A stretch of 64,000 nt of DNA, taken from contig JAFSEA010000042.1 in assembly GCA_017435965.1 (NCBI GenBank), forward strand, positions 12,250-76,249, given 5' to 3'. The notes below the pieces were generated by a model, which was given only the letters and a program-made list of their open reading frames with translations, searched no databases and was not told where the DNA came from. Positions within the stretch are counted from its first letter, which is position 1; each line of letters begins with the position of its first letter. Shown here in pieces: positions 57,661-64,000 of this stretch. This stretch comes from Oscillospiraceae bacterium. Its GTDB lineage: Bacteria; Bacillota; Clostridia; Oscillospirales; JAAYXM01. Made by a program: the position numbers and the translations under genes.

Positions 57661-59112
57661 GTGTCATCTATGAAGCTTTGTGATATATTGAACGGAATTG
57701 ACGTAATCGAGTGCAATGCCGACTTGGAAAGCGAAATTCTCGGTGTTGAGTGCGATTCAAGAAAGGCAACAGAGAAAACTCTTTTTGTGGCGATAAAGGG
57801 ATATGAAACCGATGGGAACAAATATATAGCATCGGCAAAGGGCGCAGGAGCATCTGTGTATATCACAGATGAAAAAAATGCGCTTTCAAAAGATGGGATT
57901 CTTGTTTCCGATGCAAGGCGTGCTCTTGCTGTTGCCGCCAAGAATTTTTACGGAAATCCTACCAAAGATATCAAGGTCATAGGTGTTACCGGTACTAACG
58001 GAAAGACAACAGTAACGTATCTCATAAAGCATATTCTTGAAAAACAAGGGGCAATCTGTGGACTTATAGGCACAAATAAAAACATGATTGGCGAAAAAAC
58101 TCTGGAAACGGAGCGAACAACACCGGAATCAAATGAGCTGTGGAAGTTGTTTTCGGAAATGCGTGATGCCGGATGTACCCATATCATAATGGAAGTTTCG
58201 TCTCATTCTCTTGAACTTTCAAGAGTATATGGCATCGAATATACCGTCGGTGCGTTCACAAACCTCACCCAGGATCATCTTGACTTTCATAAAACAATGG
58301 AAAACTACGAGGCGGCAAAACTCAAGCTTTTCAATCAATGTGAAATCGGCGTGATAAATATTGATGATGAGGCAGGAAAGAGAATTTCAAAACTTGCGCC
58401 ATCTGAGGTTATAACATATTCCGCAAAGTCAAATGAAGGTGACTACGTTGCGAAGAACATCAGAACAAAACCGGCATCTGTTGAGTTTGAGTTTGTGGGA
58501 ATTGACACCATTGCAAGAATGGAAATGAACATCCCCGGAAAGTTTTCGGTATATAATGCGCTTTGTGCAATAAGCGTGCTTATGGCTCTGGGTGTTCCCG
58601 TATATGAAATAAGTGCGGCTCTGCGCACGGTAAAAGGCGTTAAAGGACGAGCAGAAGTTGTTCCGACGGAAACTGATTATACAGTTATGATAGACTATGC
58701 TCATTCGCCCGACGGACTTGAAAACATATTGAGAACAGTTAAGGAAATAACAGAAGGCAAAGTTTATGTGGTTTTTGGTTGCGGTGGAGACCGCGATGCC
58801 ACAAAACGTCCCAAAATGGGTAAGGTTGCGGCTTCTCTTGCCGATGTTGTTATAGTAACATCGGATAATCCGCGTACCGAAGATCCGAACCTTATAATAA
58901 ATGATATAATACCCGGAGTGCGTGAGGTTCGCGATGATTTTATAAGCATTGCCGACAGACGTGAAGCCATATTCAAGGCTCTTGATATGGCAGGTAAGGG
59001 TGATATGATTGTCCTTGCGGGAAAAGGACATGAGACCTATCAGGAAATAAATCATATAAAGCATCATATGGATGAACGGGAGATAGTGCAGGAATATTTT
59101 AGCGGGAGATAG
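57661..59112 (+). CDS. murE: UDP-N-acetylmuramoyl-L-alanyl-D-glutamate--2,6-diaminopimelate ligase
   Basis: GVTGTNGKTT P-loop and a DNPR motif consistent with DAP specificity (SDNPRTEDP). dcw position. Alternative start ATG 57670. Confidence 0.93.
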   Translation: MSSMKLCDILNGIDVIECNADLESEILGVECDSRKATEKTLFVAIKGYETDGNKYIASAKGAGASVYITDEKNALSKDGILVSDARRALAVAAKNFYGNPTKDIKVIGVTGTNGKTTVTYLIKHILEKQGAICGLIGTNKNMIGEKTLETERTTPESNELWKLFSEMRDAGCTHIIMEVSSHSLELSRVYGIEYTVGAFTNLTQDHLDFHKTMENYEAAKLKLFNQCEIGVINIDDEAGKRISKLAPSEVITYSAKSNEGDYVAKNIRTKPASVEFEFVGIDTIARMEMNIPGKFSVYNALCAISVLMALGVPVYEISAALRTVKGVKGRAEVVPTETDYTVMIDYAHSPDGLENILRTVKEITEGKVYVVFGCGGDRDATKRPKMGKVAASLADVVIVTSDNPRTEDPNLIINDIIPGVREVRDDFISIADRREAIFKALDMAGKGDMIVLAGKGHETYQEINHIKHHMDEREIVQEYFSGR

Positions 59113-59115
59113 ATT

Positions 59116-60465
59116 ATGAAAAAGCTGAGTGTTAAATACATATCGGAGCTGTGCGGCGGAACGATTTGCGGCAAGGATGCATATGTTACGGCAGTTGTCC
59201 GTGACAACCGTGAAATTTCCGGCGGTGAACTTTTTGTTGCCATTCGCGGAGAAAAGTTTGACGGACACAGTTTTGTGCGTGATGCGGAGGGAAAAGGTGC
59301 CGCTGCTGCGTTGGTATCCGAGAAAGTCAAAGGTGTCTCCATACCGCAGATAGTAGTTGCCGATACAATTGAAGCACTCGGAAAGATTGCAAAAGGATAT
59401 CTCGCATCGCTTCCCGTGAAAAAAGTTTGTATAACCGGAAGCGTGGGGAAAACTACCACAAAGGAAATGTGCTCTGCCGTTTTGTCGGCAGGTTTCAAAA
59501 CTCATAAGACAGCAGGAAATTACAATAATAACATAGGCCTCCCACTCACGATTTTCGGTCTTGATGAAAGCTATGAAGCGGCAGTTCTTGAAATAGGAAC
59601 AAATCACTTCGGAGAGATTCTTCCTCTTGCAAAAATTGCGGCTCCGGATGTTGCTCTCATAACCACCATCGGCGCAAGCCACCTTGAAGCTTTTGGCACA
59701 AAAGAAGGAGTCCTTGCGGAAAAAACAGAAATTTTCAAAGGGCTTTCAAAGGACGGCATTGCTGTTCTCAATGGTGATGACCCGCTTTTGTGGGGCATTC
59801 GCAACACATTGTTCAATAAAGCGGTGTGGTTTGGCATTGAGAATCCGGAATGTGATGTCCTTGGTAAAATTGAGAAAAACAATGCATATGAAGCCTCGTT
59901 TACCGTGAAAGGAAGTCAAACAGAATTCAGGCTCACTTGCGGTGGCGAACATAATATCAGAGATGCTCTTTCGGCAATTGCCGTGGGAAGAGCTTTTGGA
60001 ATGGATGATGAAGCAATCGCAAAAGGGCTTCTCACTTTTAAAAACACAGGGATGCGACAAGATATATATAAATGGAATGAAATAACGATAATCCGCGATT
60101 GCTATAATGCAAATCCGGATTCCATGCGTGCATCGCTTATGGTACTCCGTGATTTTGAATGTAGCGGGAAGCGCATTGCGGTTCTCGGCGATATGAATGA
60201 GCTCGGTGAAAATGCAAATGTTCTTCATGAGGAAATAGGCGCATTTGCGGCAAGCTGTGCGGATGTCATTCTGGTAACCGGAAGATACTCCGATTCTTAT
60301 AAAAACGGAGTGACAGATGAAAAAATAAAGGTGTTTGAAGACAAAGAAACACTCGCAAAAGAGCTTTCCGATAAAGCAGGCAAGGGAGATGTTCTTCTTG
60401 TTAAGGGAAGCTATGGTACAAAAATGTGGCAAGTACTTGAATACCTTCAGGGAAAAGAGGAATAA
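59116..60465 (+). CDS. murF: UDP-N-acetylmuramoyl-tripeptide--D-alanyl-D-alanine ligase
   Basis: ITGSVGKTTTKE P-loop and Mur ligase middle and C-terminal domains. dcw position. Confidence 0.93.
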   Translation: MKKLSVKYISELCGGTICGKDAYVTAVVRDNREISGGELFVAIRGEKFDGHSFVRDAEGKGAAAALVSEKVKGVSIPQIVVADTIEALGKIAKGYLASLPVKKVCITGSVGKTTTKEMCSAVLSAGFKTHKTAGNYNNNIGLPLTIFGLDESYEAAVLEIGTNHFGEILPLAKIAAPDVALITTIGASHLEAFGTKEGVLAEKTEIFKGLSKDGIAVLNGDDPLLWGIRNTLFNKAVWFGIENPECDVLGKIEKNNAYEASFTVKGSQTEFRLTCGGEHNIRDALSAIAVGRAFGMDDEAIAKGLLTFKNTGMRQDIYKWNEITIIRDCYNANPDSMRASLMVLRDFECSGKRIAVLGDMNELGENANVLHEEIGAFAASCADVILVTGRYSDSYKNGVTDEKIKVFEDKETLAKELSDKAGKGDVLLVKGSYGTKMWQVLEYLQGKEE

Positions 60466-60468
60466 AAA

Positions 60469-61455
60469 ATGCTTGAATATCTTCTTGCGGCAGGACTTGG
60501 ATTTTTACTTACATACGTTTTCGGAAAGGCTCTTATTCCATATCTCCGAAAACTCAAATTCGGACAAAAGATACTTGAAATAGGTCCTAAATGGCATATG
60601 GGAAAGCAAGGCACTCCCACTATGGGCGGAATTATGTTCATCCTGGGAAGCGGACTGGCGTGCATCTTTGTAGGTGTACCACAGATGCTTGAGGGAGATT
60701 TCAGACATATCATAGTATTTCTTTTTGCACTCACTTTTGGTTTTATCGGACTTATAGACGATTATGCAAAAATAAAGAAAAAGAAAAATCAGGGGCTTAC
60801 AGCTATCCAGAAGCTTCTTCTTCAGCTCATTTCCGCAACGGTGTTTCTCTCAATTCTGCGTTACATAGGAGATCTCAATCCGGTATTGTATGTTCCTTTT
60901 TTTGGAGTTTCGATAGATGTTGGCTGGATTCCTTATCTTGTGATAATGCTCCTCGCAATAGTAGGCACGGTAAACGCAGTAAACCTTACCGATGGAGTTG
61001 ATGGACTCGCAACAAGTGTAACCATGCCGGTGCTTCTTGTGTTTGGCTTGATGGGAGCGTATATGGGATATACCACATCGGGACTTTTTGCGGCAGCTCT
61101 TTTTGGTGGGCTTGCAGCATTCCTTATTTACAATTTCAACCCTGCAAAGGTATTTATGGGAGATACAGGGTCATTGTTCCTCGGCGGAGCAGTATGTGGT
61201 ATGGCGTTTGCATATGACTTGCCGCTTCTTTTGTTGCTTATGGGAATTGTTTATATAGTGGAGGCACTTTCTGTAATATTGCAGGTCACATACTTTAAAT
61301 TGACTCACGGAAAACGTCTCTTTAAAATGTCGCCCATTCATCACCATTTTGAAATGTGTGGATGGAATGAGAAGAAAATCTGTATTGTATTTATGATAGT
61401 TTCAGCAATTGGTGCACTTGTAGGTTTTGCGGGAATACAAAGTATGTTAATTTAG
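60469..61455 (+). CDS. mraY: Phospho-N-acetylmuramoyl-pentapeptide transferase
   Basis: 10 TM segments. GTPTMGG, NAVNLTDGVDGLA, GDTGSLFLGG and PIHHHFE motifs. Confidence 0.96.
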   Translation: MLEYLLAAGLGFLLTYVFGKALIPYLRKLKFGQKILEIGPKWHMGKQGTPTMGGIMFILGSGLACIFVGVPQMLEGDFRHIIVFLFALTFGFIGLIDDYAKIKKKKNQGLTAIQKLLLQLISATVFLSILRYIGDLNPVLYVPFFGVSIDVGWIPYLVIMLLAIVGTVNAVNLTDGVDGLATSVTMPVLLVFGLMGAYMGYTTSGLFAAALFGGLAAFLIYNFNPAKVFMGDTGSLFLGGAVCGMAFAYDLPLLLLLMGIVYIVEALSVILQVTYFKLTHGKRLFKMSPIHHHFEMCGWNEKKICIVFMIVSAIGALVGFAGIQSMLI

Positions 61456-61476
61456 TTTTCGGGAGTGTAGGATCTT

Positions 61477-62838
61477 ATGGCAGAGAAAAGAAGAACAGGA
61501 AGACCCGAACCCAGAAGAAAAGAGACTCCGGCAAGGCGTAGAGATATGTCATCAGCGAGAGAACGTTCGCGTTCTGAACGTGAAAGAGTTGCAAATCGAA
61601 GCGAAAGACCGCACTCCGGTCGTGAAAGAGTTGCAGAAAAAGGCAAAAGACACGATAAGAAATATCTTGAAAAGGAACGGGCAAGGCGTTCGGGAAGAAG
61701 ATATTCCGGAGAAAGAAAAAAGGTTGAGAAGAAAGAAAGAACAACCGGGTCAATTGACTATCCATTTCTCATACTTGTGCTTATTCTTATGGCGATAGGA
61801 CTTATAATGCTTTTTTCAGCAAGTCACGCCACGGCGTATGAAGAAGGTCATGCATCCACCTACTATTTTTCAAGACAGGCGATTTTTGCTGTTGCGGGAA
61901 TAGCGATTATGATAATGATAAGCTTTATGGATTATCGCAGATTCCGTATGTTTTCGCCGATGCTTCTCATGATAAGTATTGGTTTGCTCATAGCGGTTCT
62001 TCTTGTAGGTACGGGAAACTATGGTGAAAAGCGATGGATAAATCTTGGATTTACGCAGTTTCAGCCATCGGAGATTGCAAAGGTCGCAGTAATATTCTTC
62101 TTCTCGAGTATGATTTCCGTAAATACAACAAAGATGCACACATTCAGGCATGGTGTTCTTCCTTATGTTGTAGTTCTTGCAATCATATCGGGGCTTATGT
62201 TCCTTGAACCACACCTTTCCGGTGCTATCCTCATTGTAGGTGTTGGTGCTGCTCTTATGTTTATGGGCGGCACACATTGGAAATGGTTTGCAATTGCAGT
62301 GGGAAGCGCAGGTGTTGCCGGTGCTGCTGCAATAAGCTTCCTCGACTATGCACGCCAGAGAGTGGACACATGGATGAATCCGTTTAACGACCCCAGTGAC
62401 AGCGGATATCAGATAATTCAGTCGCTTTATGCAATTGGCTCGGGCGGTGCTCTGGGACTTGGTTTTGGCAACAGCAGACAGAAGTATCTTTATCTTCCGG
62501 AGGCACACAATGACTTTATATTTGCAATTGTATGTGAAGAACTCGGATTTATAGGAGCACTTCTTATCTTGATATTGTTTGCACTGCTTGTTGTGCGAGG
62601 TTTCTGGATAGCACTTCATGCCAGGGACAAATTCGGATCACTTCTCGCAGGAGGAATAACAACAATGGTTGCCCTGCAAACGGTGCTCAATATAGGAGTT
62701 GTGACGGGTGTTCTGCCCGTAACGGGTGCGGCACTTCCGTTTTTCAGCTACGGAGGAACGGCTCTCTTGATTTTGCTTGCCGAGATGGGAGTAGTTCTTT
62801 CGGTGTCCAGATATATTCCGGCGAAAAAAGCCGGGTAG
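61477..62838 (+). CDS. ftsW: SEDS-family peptidoglycan polymerase FtsW/SpoVE with ~95-aa Arg/Glu/Lys-rich N-terminal extension
   Basis: SEDS core from about aa 100 (FSASHA..., FQPSEIAKV, LPEAHNDFIFA, PFFSYGGT). There is no in-frame Met between aa 24 and TM1, so the extension is part of the protein. Confidence 0.9.
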   Translation: MAEKRRTGRPEPRRKETPARRRDMSSARERSRSERERVANRSERPHSGRERVAEKGKRHDKKYLEKERARRSGRRYSGERKKVEKKERTTGSIDYPFLILVLILMAIGLIMLFSASHATAYEEGHASTYYFSRQAIFAVAGIAIMIMISFMDYRRFRMFSPMLLMISIGLLIAVLLVGTGNYGEKRWINLGFTQFQPSEIAKVAVIFFFSSMISVNTTKMHTFRHGVLPYVVVLAIISGLMFLEPHLSGAILIVGVGAALMFMGGTHWKWFAIAVGSAGVAGAAAISFLDYARQRVDTWMNPFNDPSDSGYQIIQSLYAIGSGGALGLGFGNSRQKYLYLPEAHNDFIFAIVCEELGFIGALLILILFALLVVRGFWIALHARDKFGSLLAGGITTMVALQTVLNIGVVTGVLPVTGAALPFFSYGGTALLILLAEMGVVLSVSRYIPAKKAG

Positions 62839-62850
62839 GAGGGAGTTTTT

Positions 62851-63972
62851 GTGCGGTTTTTGTTTGCGTGCGGAGGCACGGGTGGACATATAAACCCTGC
62901 CATAGCCATTGCGGGAACTATAGCGGAAAAAAGGAAAAACGCAGAGATACTCTTTGTGGGAATTGATGGCGGTATGGAAACGAGACTTGTGCCTGCTGCA
63001 GGATTTGAGATAAAAACCATAAACTCCGGTGCAATTTCCCGAAAAAAGGGAATAAAGGGAATTTTTGATAATATTGCTTCCTTAAAAAAGGTAATCAACG
63101 CGGAGAAGGCTGCGAAGAAGATAATAGAGGAGTTTTCTCCGGATGTTGTGATAGGAACAGGCGGATATGCGTGTTATCCGGTATTGGCGGCAGCAGCAAA
63201 GCTTAAAATTCCAACAGCGGTACACGAAGCAAACGCATATCCGGGACTTGCCACACGTGCACTTGCAAAGCGTGTAACAAGAGTTCTTCTGAATTTCGAG
63301 GCAGGAAAAGAAAGACTTCCTAAAAAGGTTGATTCAAAAGCGGTTGGATATCCCGTCCGAGGTGACATACTTATGTATGACAGAGAAAAGGCAAGGGAAG
63401 AGCTTGGGATTACAAAACCGCTGATTGTGAGCTTCTGGGGTTCTCTGGGTGCGAGAGAAATGAATAAGTGCATTGCGGAATTTATAAAACTTGAAACAGA
63501 CAGAGAATGCGCTTTTGAACATATTCACGCTACCGGAAAATTTGGATACGAATGGATGCCGAAAACGATTTCGGATATGGGAGTAGATCTTGCCAAAACG
63601 AAGAATATAAGATTGCGTGAGTATATCGATGATATGCCGAGAGTGCTTGCAGCGGCGGATGTTGTTATGTGTCGCGGAGGTGCGGGAACTCTTGCTGAAA
63701 TCAGCGTGAGAGGTGTGCCGGCGATAATCATACCTTCTCCAAATGTGACGGATAATCATCAATTCAAAAATGCTTCGGAGCTTGAGAAAATCGGTGGAGC
63801 CGTTGTTATCGAAGAAAAGGACGTTTCGGCGGGAAAACTTTTTGAAGTGGCGGAACAACTACTGAAGGATGAGGAAAAACGGCTGAAAATGTCGGTGAGA
63901 CTTATAGAACACTCCGTTCCGGAGTCCTCGGAAATGATATACGAAGAGATAATGAAACTTTGCAAAAGATAA
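62851..63972 (+). CDS. murG: Undecaprenyldiphospho-muramoylpentapeptide beta-N-acetylglucosaminyltransferase
   Basis: GGTGGHINPA N-terminal motif and C-terminal GAGTLAEI. GTG start after AGGAGGGA. Confidence 0.95.
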   Translation: MRFLFACGGTGGHINPAIAIAGTIAEKRKNAEILFVGIDGGMETRLVPAAGFEIKTINSGAISRKKGIKGIFDNIASLKKVINAEKAAKKIIEEFSPDVVIGTGGYACYPVLAAAAKLKIPTAVHEANAYPGLATRALAKRVTRVLLNFEAGKERLPKKVDSKAVGYPVRGDILMYDREKAREELGITKPLIVSFWGSLGAREMNKCIAEFIKLETDRECAFEHIHATGKFGYEWMPKTISDMGVDLAKTKNIRLREYIDDMPRVLAAADVVMCRGGAGTLAEISVRGVPAIIIPSPNVTDNHQFKNASELEKIGGAVVIEEKDVSAGKLFEVAEQLLKDEEKRLKMSVRLIEHSVPESSEMIYEEIMKLCKR

Positions 63973-64000
63973 ACCGGAAGAAAAGTAACCCAAAACTGAA

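Noticed and set aside
58429-59682. 417-aa - strand ORF antisense to murE/murF. Similar long antisense ORFs: 5508-6275, 24790-25560, 30358-31269, 34272-35078, 47902-48810, 49588-50427, 50566-51216, 59746-60432, 61870-62619
   Set aside because: All are fully embedded opposite strongly motif-supported genes and have biased, low-complexity or Cys/Phe/Ile/Arg-rich composition. They carry no recognisable motifs and are typical shadow ORFs.
1-64000. Search by eye for tRNA, rRNA, transposase/integrase, toxin-antitoxin pairs, restriction-modification, retron/DGR reverse transcriptases or other defence modules
   Set aside because: I found none. No T-loop GGTTCGAATCC-type sequences were noticed, and no ORF with DDE, tyrosine/serine recombinase or RT motifs. 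A proper tRNAscan/Infernal/HMM scan is still required to exclude small or divergent elements.

Overview
This is a 64-kb chromosomal segment from an endospore-forming Bacillota genome that looks Clostridia-like. That placement is inferred from the sporulation genes and from gene order shared with Bacillus subtilis. About 60 genes are tightly packed and almost all lie on the + strand. Most of the window is a chain of conserved housekeeping and sporulation blocks. These are gdpP (5' partial)-rplI-dnaB; tilS-hpt-ftsH; yqfC-yqfD-phoH-ybeY-dgkA-rlmD; recJ-rel-dtd-MBL hydrolase-hemZ-like; a YabM-like flippase-mazG-hup-yabO-yabP-yabQ-divIC-yabR-spoIIP; and the dcw cluster mraZ-rsmH-ftsL-PBP-murE-murF-mraY-ftsW-murG, which lacks murD. 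Accessory pieces sit between the blocks. (1) A 276-nt hairpin-dense non-coding insert after ftsH is bracketed by two identical 34-nt terminator hairpins. (2) An AT-rich ~3-kb insert encodes an ~840-aa lipoprotein with a gingipain-like His/Cys arrangement and beta-propeller-like repeats. (3) A tight six-gene transporter/GNAT/Dus-like/flavodoxin operon follows. (4) Two paralogous orphan solute-binding lipoproteins bracket a ylmH-like gene and copA. (5) A stand-alone 1415-aa fusion combines two activase modules with a dehydratase-like region. (6) A RelQ/RelP-like alarmone synthetase is divergent from mraZ, and the shared intergenic region holds a perfect 17-bp inverted repeat with GTGG boxes at 10-nt spacing. 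I saw no rRNA, tRNA, CRISPR array, transposase, integrase or recognisable defence genes. All functional calls rest on motif and synteny recognition by eye; no database search was possible.
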